In this document: positions 48,002-63,949 of the stretch, piece after piece
Layout of the letters: every line of letters begins with the position of its first letter
Position numbering within the stretch: position 1 is the first letter of the stretch
Source of the DNA: the human T2T-CHM13v2.0 reference genome, Homo sapiens
Reading direction: 5' to 3' (one strand)
NCBI RefSeq assembly: GCF_009914755.1
Contig: NC_060933.1
Length of the DNA: 64,000 bases
Notes under the pieces: generated by a model
Database searches by the model: none
What the model was told of the DNA's origin: nothing
Seen by the model: the letters and a program-made list of their open reading frames with translations, nothing else
Translations under genes and position numbers: made by a program

Positions 48002-49220
48002 TTTATTTTTATTTGTTTACTTATTTATTTTATTTTTAACTTGTAAGTTCAGGGGTACAAGTGCAAGTTTGTTACATAGGTAAACTTGTGTTGTGGGGGT
48101 TTGTTGTACAGATTATTTCACCACCCAAGTATTAAGCCTAGTACCTATTAGTTATTTTTCCTGGTCCTCTTTCTCCTCCCACCCTCCAAAAGAACCCATT
48201 GTGTGTTGTTCCCCTCTATGCGTCCATGTGTTCTCATCATTTAGCTCCCACTTATAAAAACATGAAGTATTAGGTTTTCTGTTCCTGTGTTAGTTTGCTA
48301 AAGATAATGGCCTTCAGCTCCATCCATGTCCCTGCAAAGAACATGATCTTGTTCTTTTTTATGGCTGCATAGTATTCCATGGTGTATATATACTACATTT
48401 TATTTATCCAGTCTATCATTGATGAGCATTTAGATTGATTCCATGCCTTTGCTATTGTGAATAGTGCTGCAGGGAACACACACATGTATGTGTCTTTATA
48501 AGAGAATGAATGATTTATATTCCTTTCAGTATATACCTGATAATGGAATTGCTGGGTCAAACAGTATTTCTGTCTTTAGGTCATTGAGGAATCACCACAC
48601 TGTCTTCCACAATGGTTGAACTAATTTACACTCCCACCAACCGTGTATAAGTGTTCCTTTTTCTCCACAACCTCACCAATATCTGGGGTTTATTTTATTT
48701 TATTTTATTTTATTTTATTAGTTTTTTTTTACTTGTTATAGTAGCCACTCTGACTGGTATTAGATAGTATCGTATTGTTTTTTATTGCATTTTCTAATGA
48801 TCAGTGATGTTGAACTTTTTTCATATGATTGTTGGCCACATGTATGTCTTTTGAAAAGTGTCTGTTCGTGTCCTTCACCCACTTTTTAATGGGGTTGTTT
48901 GGTTTTTTCCTTGAAAATTTGTTTAAGTTCCTGATAGATGCTGGATATTAGACCTAATAGTTAAGGTTTGCAAACCATAGTTTGCAAAAATGCTCTCCCA
49001 TTCCATAGGTTATATGTTTACTCTGTTGATAGTTTCTTTTGCTGTGCAGAAGCTCTTTATTTTAATTAGATCCTATTTGTCAGTTTTTGCTTTTGTTGCA
49101 ATTTCTTTTGGCATCTTCATGAAATTTTTGCCTGTGCCTGTGTCCTAAATGGTATTGCCTGGGTTATCTTCCAGGGTTTTTATAGTTTTGGGTTTTACAT
49201 TTAAGTCTTTAATCTATCTT
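48002..49220 (-). mobile_element. 5'-truncated L1PA (L1PA11-13-like), ~1.2 kb
   Basis: ORF2 C-terminus and 3'UTR antisense; T-rich tail at ~48002-48037; degenerate TSD 'ttgtac..ggat'. Confidence 0.9.
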
Positions 49221-49356
49221 GTACAGGATATTTTTAAATGAAAAAAGTATGTATACTATAATTTTTAAAATTTATAGCAGATGTTTAAGGTATATAGCTC
49301 TATGCATGTATGCACTTTAACACATACAAGGATCAGTTCTGAGAAATGGAATTTCT

Positions 49357-49652
49357 GGCTGGGCGCCATGGCTCACGCCTGTAATCCTAGCACTTTGGGA
49401 GGCCAAGGCGGGTGGATTGCCTGAGCTCAGGAGTTTGAGACCAGCCTGGGCAACATGGCGAAACCCCGGCTCTACAAAACACACAAAAATTAGCTGGACA
49501 TGGTGGTGTGCACTTGTAATCCCAGCTACTTGGAAGGCTGAGGTAGAAGAATCACTTGAACCCAGGAGGTGGAGGTTGCAGTGAGCCAAGATCATGCCCC
49601 TAAATTCCAGCCTGGGCAACAGAGAGAGGAGACTTTGTCTCCAAAAAAAAAA
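49357..49652 (+). mobile_element. Alu (AluS-like)
   Basis: TSD AGAAATGGAATTTCT at 49342-56 and 49653-67. Confidence 0.95.
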
Positions 49653-50214
49653 AGAAATGGAATTTCTGAGAGTGTCATGTTAAGAAAAGTAGATTGGGGT
49701 GGGAATATGTCCATATGGGAGCAGTACCAGCAGCAGGTAACTATCAGACCTGATGTTTTTGTAGAGCACAAATTTTTCATATTTGCTGTTTAGTCCTTTC
49801 AGTCACTCTGTGTAATAAGGCAAGGATTCTTTTAACAGGTAAGAAAATTGATGTTTCAAGATGTCAGTTACATGGTCATCATTGGTTGAGCATGGACTAA
49901 ATCCTAGGTCTCCACCTCTTAACTCCAGGCTTTTCCTACTACAACAAGCATTATAACATGTATCTCTCATTCCAGTCATTTATTGTAAGAGCACTTATGG
50001 CTTTGAGGAAAGGGATGTATTCAAATTGAAGGGATCCTGTGTAATTTGTATATTCTGTAGACAGTGACTTATCTGCAAGAAATTCTTCTTACTGAAGGTA
50101 GGGTACTTTTTGCTTAAGATTCATATAGTCCATCCAGGATCTATATTCTTTCCTACTATATTGTAAAAGAATTACAGGATATTTTAGGATGTTGCAGGCC
50201 TGGGAGGGGCTTAG

Positions 50215-50860
50215 TCAATCATTTATTCATTTGCCCATTCATCAGTATGTGTTTTTCAGATATTATGTGCCAGGCACCATTCTAAACCTGTAGATACAGT
50301 GATGAAGAGATGTAGTACTTGCCCTCAGGGAACTATCTTTACAGTCTAGTGGAGGGAATATAAAATTGATGATTAGGAATAAATATGATATGAATTATAG
50401 TAAAAGTATTTACAAGTGGTAACTATTATAAGCTTGTTAAGGAAAAAGATAATTCATTTGTCTTTGTATATCTAGAACCAAACATAATTCTTTGCTCTAT
50501 AAATGTTGAATAGAAACACTTCCTGAATAGGAACATTGGAAGAATAAATACATATGTCTTCCTGGGAAAACTGGGGAATGTTTTGCAGAGGTTGGAGCTG
50601 AGACTTGAAAGATTTTATTGATCAGGGCCATATCAGACAAAGGAAACAAGTGCGGAGGCTTGAAAAGTTGTGGTGTATTTGAGGAGTTACAAGTTATTGT
50701 GGTATATTTGGGGGTTTACAAGTTATAAGATGAAGTGTGAGGAGATGCAGATGAGGCTGGACCCCAGTAGTCAGGAACCAGAACACAGTGTTTATGTCCA
50801 CCAGGACAAGAAGTTTAGATTTTGTCCCACAGGTAGCGAAGCAACACTATAGAATTTATA
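50215..50860 (-). mobile_element. LINE-2 3' remnant
   Basis: 'atttattcatt...tatgtgccaggcaccattctaaacctgtagatacagtgatgaa'. Confidence 0.65.
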
Positions 50861-51538
50861 GTGCTTTCCTCAGCTCCAGAACACTCTAAAAACGAAGAGA
50901 ATCAGAAAACCAAGATGACTAAATGATATATATGACCTGACAATTTGCAAGACATTTTTCTCCTTCAATCTTCACAGCAGTCCTGTGAAGTATAATAATT
51001 ATCTTTAAACTACAAATGAGAAAAGTAGATACAAGAGAGATTTGTTTATTACATTCTTTCATTCATTCAGCAAATACTCAGGCACTACTCTACCCACTGG
51101 AGATATAATGATAAAATGAATGCACTTTCCTCATAGAAAGTGAGGATGATATGTACATGGTCAAAGCTAAAAAGAAGTGCACTAGATTTGATAATCTGAT
51201 TCAAAATCTCAGGCTTTTTCTACTATACTACACAGTCTCTAAAGACCAATAGAATCACTGAATGGTGAAAACATTATTAAATTCTTTTTGTTTCAGCTAT
51301 GTTTGTAGCTCTCATAATTAGCTTTATTTTATCCTGATTGTCCAGCTACTAAATTGTGATGTAAAGGAGGGAGCTGATAAAAGGATGTCTCATCCTTTGG
51401 GAATCCTGGTTCTATTCTTTCCCTTTTAATTTATCTCTCCAAGAATCTGCTCTTAAGTGTTCATTTTAATGTGGGACAAACAAGTAACTATAAAATGTGG
51501 TTTTTATAATATAAAAAGATTATATGGGGTTAGTTTTC

Positions 51539-51876
<338 letters not shown>

Positions 51877-51951
51877 TAATTCAGATGCCACAGAAAGGTT
51901 CCTAGCAATTTAGAAATGGCTGTAATAGCTGACTATTTATTATATCTGTAG

Positions 51952-52134
<183 letters not shown>

Positions 52135-52350
52135 TAGGGATTACTGCTTGAGATGACAAAATATCAGTGACATTTGAAGTGTCATGTGTATAGACAGAAT
52201 AAACATGAGTGCATGCAGCAAGGATCTATTGATTTCCTTAAAGAAATTAATTTGAGAATTATAAAAAAGAATGTTAGAAAGGCCATGGTTGTGTTTACTC
52301 ATAATTATAAATAATATGTATAAAATGTATATCAGAACATGTAGACTATA

Positions 52351-52881
52351 CAATAGTCCCCCCTTATCCATGGACAATACATTCCAAGACCACCAGTGGA
52401 TGCCTGAAATCTCCGACAGTACTGAACCCTATATATGCTGCTCTTTCCCTATACATACATATGATGTTTAATTTATAAATTAGGCACAGTAAGAGATGAA
52501 CAACAATAAATAATAAAATGGAACAATTTTAACAATACTATAATAAAAGTTGTGTGTGATCTCTGTCTCTCAGAGTATCTTATTTTACTGTACTCACTGT
52601 TATTCTTCTTACGATGGTGTGAGATGATAAAATGCCTACATGATGAGATGAAGGGAGATGAAGGATGTAGGCATTGTGATGTAGTGTTAGTCTACTATTG
52701 AAAATTTCCTGGGAAAATCAAGGAATGTGTCACAGAGGCTAAATCTGAGCCCTGAAAGATTTGATTTAACACTTCTGAATTGTTTATTTCTGGAATTTAC
52801 CATTTAATATCTTCAGATCGTGGTTGTCCACAGGTAACTGAAACTGCTAAAAGCAAAACCACGGATATGGCAGGACTACTA
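52351..52881. mobile_element. MER44/Tigger7-like DNA transposon
   Basis: TIRs 'caatagtcccccttatcc' / 'ggatatggcaggactacta' with flanking TA. Confidence 0.85.
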
Positions 52882-54435
52882 TAGTTGATTCTCAGATAAT
52901 CCTTAAATTAGCATTTTATTATTTCTATCCCAAAGATTGTTATTGCCTTTTTTTATAATTATAAAAAACCCTCTATTTCTTTACTTATATACCATTCAAA
53001 CAGCTTGCATTGCACCAAATGTTTCTACTGAGAGGAACATTAAAGACAGTGTCATAAGGTCTTCCATCAGCCTTTCCTAGGTCATTGGTAGTATCACTAA
53101 CTAGACATCACTGTTCATCTGACATGGACATACAGACTTTTCTACAGTCCTTAAGCAGGTTGCTATTAGAATCTGTGAGTGATTTCTGGGTCTCTGTCCA
53201 CTGTCCATTAAATCAAACTTCTTTGGAATTTAGAATTATTTAGAATCTTAAATTTTGTTTTGTGTTTATTTGTTGTCTCTTGATTATCATGATAGTTAAT
53301 TATAGCTGTATTTGCTTTTTCTTTATAGTAACCATATCTGTACAAAAGTTAATTCAACTCCTGCCTTTATAGGGATAGGGTTGCCATCCAATTTATTGTT
53401 CAATTCAAGAGACTTGAGAGTGAAAGGAAGCACCATTAATAATTATGTTGGTACAACAGGCATAAACTGGGATATACGGTTATCCTATCTATTAGCCTTT
53501 GTTGAAAATTTACATGGTTCTTCCTGCCAAGGAGCTTACTACTAGAATAAGCCAAAAAAAAAAAAAAAAGTACATCTCACACATTTATGTGATATTTGCT
53601 TTAAGGTTTAATTTTTTAGAAACAAGATTGTTTTATAATGTGTGTCATCAAAGACACTTCATAGTCATTTGACATGATTTGTTTTGAGTTTTCAGTCCCA
53701 TGGTTTTCTGTCTGATTTAAGGGCACTTATGAGGGAGTTGTATTAGATGATATTTAAGAAAACTTTTATTTTTAATTGTTTATAATTCTTTAATAGAATT
53801 ATTTTAGAATTCCAAACAATATTATCCAACAGCAATGCCTATAAGGATAATCGCAGTCATTTATTTACTTTTGAAATAATTGGAATGAAATGATTAGAAA
53901 GATCATAGGGGAGACCCAGGAGTCCTTAATAATATTAAGGTACATGTTTTATTTCTTCAGAACAGTGCTATAGCAATGAATTAGAGCACATACGTGGTAA
54001 ACACTTAGAAATATCATTTGGCAGTGTGTTGAACATTGAAGCTGCTACTGCTTTTCTTTTTCATACGGCCCATCAGGTGGTCACTGTTGAGAGCTGTTAG
54101 GTTCTACAAATTATTGCTCAAGAAAAATATATTGGTTAAGCAAAAGAATTAAATATTTTTTGCATATCTTAACAGCCCCCTCTATCACTAGAGATTAATG
54201 ATTAAACATTCTTATCAGCAACTTAGTGTTATTAAAGCTAATGGTTTATTCAGAAACTAAAATATATCATGAAAGTTTTTGAGGAAGCTGAGAGTGCTCA
54301 GACAGTAAAAATAGATACATAGATAGATAGAAGGTTCAGGTGACTGCTCAAACAAAGTCATTTAGTTTGAGGTTTAATTTTTAAAAATAATTTTGGTAAA
54401 GCATCTTAAGTCTAATCCTGTGAAATAAAATCCAT

Positions 54436-54550
54436 TCTATAGCCCCAGCCACTCAAGAGGCCAAGGCAGGAGGATCACTTGAGCCAGGAGTTTGCGTACA
54501 GCCTGGGCAATATAGTGAGACTCTGTCTCTTTAAAAAAAAAGAAAAAAAA
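54436..54550 (+). mobile_element. Truncated Alu monomer (FLAM/FRAM-like)
   Basis: 'ggccaaggcaggaggatcacttgagccaggagttt...gactctgtctc' plus A tail. Confidence 0.85.
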
Positions 54551-54633
54551 TCCTTGTTACAAATATAATTTGTTATAATAACTAATTTTTTCCAAACCTA
54601 AATTTTGTTAAAAAAATTTAATCTTCTTTTTAG

Positions 54634-54767
54634 GATGGTATCGACAATGCAACATTATTCCTTATAGCAAAGATGTTGACCTAGGAATTTTTATACAAGA
54701 TTACAAATCTGATATTATTTTAGCATTTCAGGATGCAGGACTTCCGCTAAAACACAAATTTGGGAAG
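54634..54767 (+). CDS. FKTN: Fukutin exon c.911-1044 (aa 304-348), DxD motif D317-V-D319 at 54672-54680
   Basis: ttctttttag|GA TGG TAT...GGG AAG|gtcagt = [19 protein letters not shown]...HKFGK. Confidence 0.98.
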
Positions 54768-54966
54768 GTCAGTAACAAAAGTCGGCTTCATTTCATAAGT
54801 AACATATCTCGCTTGTAAAGTTTACATTAAGCAACTCAGATATGGTTAAGAATGCTACATACATAATTTTATCACTCAGTATTGACTAGGATGAGTTCAG
54901 CAGAAGCCTGTTACCACTTGTAATTTCTGCACTGTCTAGGCAAAAGCAAGAAAATCTGGCTTTCTA

Positions 54967-55019
54967 CTGGGTTGGTGCAAAAGTAATTGTGGTTTTTGCC
55001 ATTACTTTTGCACCAATAA
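54967..55019. mobile_element. MADE1 (Hsmar1 MITE), internally deleted
   Basis: 'ggttggtgcaaaagtaattgtggtttttgccattacttttgcaccaa'. Confidence 0.85.
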
Positions 55020-55462
55020 TGATAAGAAAAGAAGGATCTTGAACTCTTATAGGTGAATGTATTGCTATTATATTAGGCAACAATGTAATATAAAATCAAT
55101 ATAATGTATAATATGCAATTAATAAGTAAGAATCCCACCCGCCGTACCTGATTGTTTCTCATGAGTCATTTAATTTACAGATGTCATTATCAACATAAAA
55201 TATTCCATTGATTGCTAAGGGATAGAAATATAGAATCATTTCAAATAAGTACTTCAATTTCTTGTTTATCTTATATGTCCTAGGCTATAGCAGTTTGCTC
55301 AGACATCAACTAGGGATAGGTCATTGGGGCCTAGATGAAATCTCCCTCTAGACAATTTGATTCCTATGCCCTAAGCCCATGATCTCTTGCAATCATCTTG
55401 TTCTTAATTTGCTTGTCCCCTCGGAGGTGTTACCCTACAAGCAAGTAAAAATATGTTTAGTC

Positions 55463-55798
<336 letters not shown>

Positions 55799-56607
55799 TT
55801 ACTAAAAAATATAAATAAAATATTTTACTGAGGTCAAAGTCAAATAACAGAGCTCTAGTTATTCAGCAAACATTTACCAAACATTCACTATAAGTATGGC
55901 ACTGTCCTCTGCACCTGGGAGACAAAGATGAATAAATGATAGTTCTTACCCTTGAGAAGCTCACTGTCTAATTGGGAGGGGGAAAGGCTGCATAAATAAT
56001 TCTGTGATGAGTGCTGTGGCGGACAGATGTACCAAGTCCAATGGGAACGTAATTATTTGTATGATAAGTTTTCTTTAGGGAAATGTTCTCAGAATTATTT
56101 ATTTTTTTACCTTAACTTTTATTTTTTTCTTTTTTCCATGTGTGTAGTATAATGAGCTAGACTATTTATGTATGTGGCTATGAGGAATGCCACTTTACTT
56201 AAGTACTTATTGATTGTTATGAGAGACTTATTTCCTGATAGTTTTATTTGGATTATTAAAGGAAATAATATTTCTTTGGTTCTTTTCCTTTTTTAGTCAG
56301 AAAGCTGCTCTGGAATAGGATATTTCTATTTTTTTTCTGCAGTGATAATTACCATAAGTCATTTACTCTGAGTTATCATCAATTGTAAGAAACATTATTT
56401 TAGATGCAGTTAAGAAATTAAATGATATGTTACTGATGCATCCCAATTTCAGAGGTGCCTTAACTTGAAAAAATGTGCATCTTAGAATGAATACTCTATG
56501 TATGTAAAACTTAAGAATCTGTTTCTTTATTTTTATTTTTTAAAAAAAGGTTTTTAAAAATGTATTTCCTTTGTTTCAGTGTGTGAAGGTTTTCATCTTC
56601 CCCATAG

Positions 56608-56778
<171 letters not shown>

Positions 56779-57014
56779 TAATTTCAGGAGGTAGAAATAA
56801 AGAAGTAACTGAAAAGAAAACCAAAAATCTCTTTCAAGACTCCATTATTAGCTAACACTTTCTTAGCTTACCCATAGAGTCCAGTTATGCCTGTGAAGTA
56901 AGAATACCTGTAAGGACGGTTTGTGAGGAGGAAGTGTCCCTGGGTTTGTCAGTCCAAGTTGATGATACAGCTGGTCTATTCTCAGTTCTGAGAGAGAGAA
57001 TGAGAATGAGAACC

Positions 57015-57430
57015 TGAAGAGCATGGGTTTTAGAGTCAGGCTGACCTGGGAAACCTTAGCTCCACCCTAATTTGTGGCCTTTAGATTTTCTGAACGTAAT
57101 CATTTTATCCATTACATTGAGTAATACTACTGTGTGTCAGGCACTATTCTGAACGTTTTACATATATTAACCCATCTAGTCCTCAAAATAACCTTCAGAG
57201 GTAGATATTCTGAAGCCAGTGTGATTGCTGTTGAATCTCAGCTCTTTATTTTACCAGCTATATTACCTTGAGCAAGTTATTTAACCTCTCTGCCTAAGTT
57301 TCCTCAGCTGTAAAATGGAAATTATAGTAGAAATTGCCACATAGAGTGGTTTTAAGGATTAAAAGAATTAATACACAAAAAGAGCTTTGAGGTGTGTCAG
57401 GAGGTCCTGGGTGCTAAGTAATTATTACCT
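57015..57430. mobile_element. Cluster of MIR fragments in both orientations
   Basis: 'accttgagcaagttatttaacctctctgcctaagtttcctcagctgtaaaatgg' and others. Confidence 0.75.
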
Positions 57431-57449
57431 GCTGTTACTAATACTACTA

Positions 57450-57500
<51 letters not shown>
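57450..57500. repeat. (TAG)17 perfect trinucleotide repeat
   Basis: Counted directly. Confidence 0.95.
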
Positions 57501-57502
<2 letters not shown>

Positions 57503-58109
57503 AAGAAAACTATTTCTCTTCTTATTCTCATGAGAAATTTACAGATTAGAGACATGTATAATTATCTCAATATTAAACTGTTACATCTATTCTTAGAGAA
57601 CTTCTGTAAGAGTGTCACCTTTTTTCTAAGAAAGATAATTTCTAGAGCCAGTATTAGAGTCCTGTTATTCTTAAATTACTTTCTAAGGCTTGAATTTTTT
57701 CTCTCACTGACATGATCCGAAACCTGCAAACCTCAAAAGAACTGTTCATTTCCAACTACTACATTTCTGGAGAGAAAAAGCTTCTTTCATTCTGCTTTAA
57801 CAGCTCTTTATAGTAGCAGTGTTTGGGAAGTGTGAAGTGTTCTGATTATTTAACAAGAGAAATGAGCAGTGATAGAACTGTCTGGACAGATGGTGTGAGT
57901 CCCAGATTTTCTATCATGTTACTGTGACCTTAAAAGGCAGAGAAAAGAACAGGAGATGGCTGAGTAGAGTAGTTTCTTTGGAAGATTCCCCCAGCCATAT
58001 GCCATTTTTATTCTTTTCGGCACTATTTACTTTAAGAAAATGTAGTATTTTTAACACTACTATTCCTTGGGGATGAAGAAAAACAAAATGTTTAAAGCTA
58101 GTTCAAGGG

Positions 58110-58735
58110 TCTTTTTAATGTATTTTAAATTTTTGAATAGATTATACATTACATAGTTAAAATATTCAAAGAATATAAAGGATGTGTATGAAAAGTAAAC
58201 CTTTCTCCATCCTCTGCCCCTCATTTTCCCGTTTCTAGTTGCCCTTTACAGAGATAACCATGATTACTCATTTCTTATGTATCCTTTCCGAGACAAACAT
58301 ATGCTCGTATACATATAGTATTTACGTTCATCTCTCCCCCTTTACACAAATAGTATTATGGCATATTACACACTGTCTGTATGTTCTTTTCCTCACATAG
58401 CTATGTATCTTGGAAAATGTTCCAAATGAGTATGTATAGAAATAGCTGCATTTTATTCCATTGTATGGCAATACCATAATTTATTCAACCAATTCCCTAT
58501 TGATGAATATTTAGGCTGTTTCCAGTAGTTTACTGTGACCCTCAGTTCTGCAGTCACTATCTCTGTCCATATGTCTTTATGCACACGTGTGAAACCCTGT
58601 GCAGGATAAAGTATTAGACTCAAATTTTGGGGCTAAAGGGAATATAAGCATATTTCAATTTTGATAGATATTGCCAAATTGCCCTCCAAAGATGTTTCCC
58701 CAATTTATATTCTCAACCACATGGTTTGAGAATAT
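58110..58735 (-). mobile_element. Old L1ME-like fragment
   Basis: 'attccattgtatggcaataccataatttattcaacc...ttgatagatattgccaaattgccctccaaa'. Confidence 0.75.
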
Positions 58736-61025
58736 GGGTTTATTTTTTAAAAGTGCACTATCTGTAAAGAGAGGTAAACTTGCTCAATATTTGCCACTAA
58801 TCAGTAACTTATCAATTACTTGTAATCAGTAACTAAATCTACCATACACCAAATATAATTGGGAGCACATTAGAATTACTGTTCAAACTAGTCAGTATAA
58901 TGTATCATCTCACCTTCTCCAAAGGTCTTTTTGTCTTTATAATAACCTATTTTTTATTTTATATATAGTTCATTCTGAGAAAAGCTTAATAATATAGAAT
59001 GCTTACTATTTTTTAAAAGGCAGAAGAGGAACTCAAGAAGGAAGAAAAAAGATTTTCTTTCTAAACTACTCTGCAGGACTATAGAATGATATCTTTGGTC
59101 CTAAGATTTAACAGTATATTAAGAGTAATAAAAAAGATAAAGCTTCCAGGATATCTGCTACCTATCAGGCACTGTGATAGGTAGTTCATATATATATTTA
59201 TATATATAATCTGGTTAATCCTCATACTATCCCTGTGGGTTCGGTATTCTCACCTCCAGTTAGACATTAGGAAACTAAAGCTCAGAGTGAAGTAACTTAC
59301 TCGAGGCTTTTGACTGTTAATGGCAAGATCAAGATTTAATGCCAGACCTGTTTGACCCCTAAGCCTAAATGCTTTCTTCTTAGAGTTAATAGGTTAAGTG
59401 AGTTAGTACATCTAATGCATTTAGAACAGTACCTGGCACATTGTAAGTATTGTGTAAGTAGTAGCTACTGTCAGTACTGTATTATTATTATTACTGTTAC
59501 TGTTATTATAATTACCATGCTGCACTGGCATAAGGTATGGTACTTTCAGCACAGTGGTAAATTGGATTAGTAATTTTCTAGGCAGGCATATTTTCTTCCT
59601 CCGTCTCATGATACTCATTCCGTCTTTAGTTCTCAGTCTTTCACTTCTTTATAGGAAGCCCTTCTTTTACCTGAAATCCAAATTCCATTTAAAAATATTG
59701 ACTGGATTCTTTATTCTGTTTTTCTCCAGCATCCAAATCTGCCAGTAATAAAAGTGATGAATATAATAACTATGCCTCCAGAATGTGAAGTTCTTAATTC
59801 AACTTCACATTTCCTAAAGATGCTGCCTAGATTTATTTGGTTTGCTTCTTTCCTTCCCATTTTGAATCAACTGGTATGGGTAGAAGCCAGAAGTTTGAAA
59901 GGTAATAATAATAGTTAACTTTATTGAATACTTACTATAAGCCAATCAATATGCCAAGCTTTTATATGTGTTATCTTATTTAATCCTCACAATAAGTTTA
60001 TAAAGGAGATTTTATCATCATCACCTTTATTTTATGGATGAGCAAATTAAGGCAGACCTGAGTCAGACCTAGGTGTGTATCACTTCAGAGCCCATGTTCT
60101 TACTAAGTTAGTGTCACCATGATCTCTATCATGTTGTTAATACCCCTTCCATGAAAACATTATCAGGGTAATACAACTACTGCTACATCCTCTAATAGGA
60201 AATCTACTCCTTGGGCTAGTAGTGGGTTCCTTATACCTTCTGACAGTTGCAGCTTCTGATTATTGGATAGATCTTCAGAAAATTCAGATTCATCCTCTGT
60301 GGACCACACTCCCATCCAGGTGTGGATCCTGTGTAATTTATCACTTCATTTCTGTAAAATGTATTTACCAACTGCTATGTGCTAAGGATACTGATGTGAC
60401 TGTAACTTAGTTTCTGCTCTTAAGGATCTCATGATCTAGACCATGAGACATGTTAAAGTACTCTGATAGCAGTACTGTAATCAAATATGTATAATCTATA
60501 GTTGAAGTACCAAATCAGCCATATCTAGAAACAATGGCAAAGAAGTGTGGCTTACAAGTAGAGAAATTTGTTAGGTAGACTTAGGAGAAATGTGGGAAAA
60601 GTCCTAAAAATAGATTTATTTAATGATTTTTAAATTAGTTTATTTCTATTTTTTAATTTAAAAAATTCTGTGGGCATCTGTATACGTAAAGTAAAAACTT
60701 TAAGGGGTTGTTTCCTTCAATAGATACCCAAAGGTAGAATTATTAAGTCAAAAGATATGAGCCTTTTAAAGAGTTTTGATACATATTGCCAGGTTGCATT
60801 CCTAAAAAGTTATGCAAAATTTTATACAGTCACCAACATAAATGAGCATGCTTAGTTTGCTATATCATACTGAGTGTTGCATTGTACTCACAGTCATTCA
60901 TGACTCCCCTGATAGTTTCTTTGAGTAACTTTTCTTTTCACTTTCTTCTTATTATCCCAAGGTATCTTCTATCATAAAACCAGGTCAGTCATTAGTAGCA
61001 AGTTACCAACAATTATTACCTTTCT

Positions 61026-61328
61026 GGCCAGGCACAGTGGCTCATGCCTTTAATCCCAGCACTTCGGGAGGCCAAGGTGAGAGAACTGCTTGAGCACGGG
61101 AGTTTGAGACCAGCTTGGGCAACAGAATAAACCCTGGCTTTATATAAAAATTTTTTAAAAATTACCCAGGCATGGTGGCATGTGTCTGTGGTCCCAACTA
61201 CATGGGAGGCTGAGACGGTAGGATCACCTGAGCCCAGGAAATCTAGGCTGCAGTGAGCCACATTTGCACCACTGTACTCCAGCCTAGGTGACAGAGCAAA
61301 ACCAAAAAAAAAAAAAAAAAAGAAAAAG
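61026..61328 (+). mobile_element. Alu (AluJ-like)
   Basis: Degenerate TSD 'aattattacctttct' / 'aatcattacttttct'. Confidence 0.93.
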
Positions 61329-61519
61329 AATCATTACTTTTCTCTTAACTATTCCTAACATCAACTGGCTTTTAGTATACATCTAACCCCCTCCCTGTCG
61401 TCCCAGTCTCCCTTTCAAAATCCAGCTTTAAAATATTACAGTGCATTTTGAATGTCTTGTTATAGGTGTTTGTTAGACACTTATTATATAGAGACTTTTA
61501 TATTTAAGCTTTATACAAG

Positions 61520-61735
61520 TGTGATTTTAGCTGAGTGAGCCCAGGAATTAGAAGACCTGAATTCAAATCTGAGTTCTATTTTTTTGTGTCATATAACCTT
61601 CTGAGCTTCAGATTTCTCCTCTTAAAATGGGAATAACACTGCGTACTTCACAGGGTATAATGCTTCGATTAAATACTGTGTAGTTACCTGATTCAGTGCT
61701 TGGCACGTAATAGATTCACAACTGTTTGCTAATTC
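61520..61735 (+). mobile_element. MIR
   Basis: 'aaccttctgagcttcagatttctcctcttaaaatgggaataa...gtgcttggcacgtaatag'. Confidence 0.75.
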
Positions 61736-62409
61736 TAAATTAGGCAGGCAGAGCATAGAAGTCTGATTAGGAAGATTCATTGCTAGGTAGCAATTAGAAA
61801 AAAAATCACATGGTAGTGAATTAAAGCCTACCAAATGTTACAGAGATGAATATAAACTTGTATTACATATAACTGCAGAGAGATATAGTTTATAGGAAAA
61901 AAACGTGTAAAGAGTACTGATTCTTTGGAAGTTTTCTCTGAAAGTGAGGGTTGAGTCAGCACAATTTGAATGAATATTGTTGAATGGGGAATTGCTATTA
62001 AGTTAGATTTGGTTGCCTCTAGGAAAAGAGACTTAGGGCCATGTAAAGATGATATTTGGCAATGCTGGTAAACTGGTTAATTGCCAGAAAGTCTTGTTGT
62101 TTGGTGGGGTTTTTGACTGGATGTAATAAAGAATCTCTCTCATAAGGCTTTTGGTGGAGAATGTAGTAAGACACAAGTCCTGTTGAGGAATATTGTTCTT
62201 GCTAGTGTGTGTAGGCATGGAAAGCTGGTATAGTGAGGAAGACTTGGGTGGTTGAGGACCTATGCTAAACAGGAGGTGACCGGAAGAAATGGTAAAAGAA
62301 CTTAGCACCATGCCTGGCTGTGAACAAGGGGAGTCCAAGAAAACTAAGTGTCCAAAATAACATATAAGTTTATAATCTTAGAGCTAGAGAAAAATTAGGA
62401 AATAGTGGA

Positions 62410-63949
<1,540 letters not shown>

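Noticed and set aside
53554-53569. Isolated A16 run as the tail of a processed pseudogene
   Set aside because: No clear TSD, canonical AATAAA or recognisable upstream mRNA.
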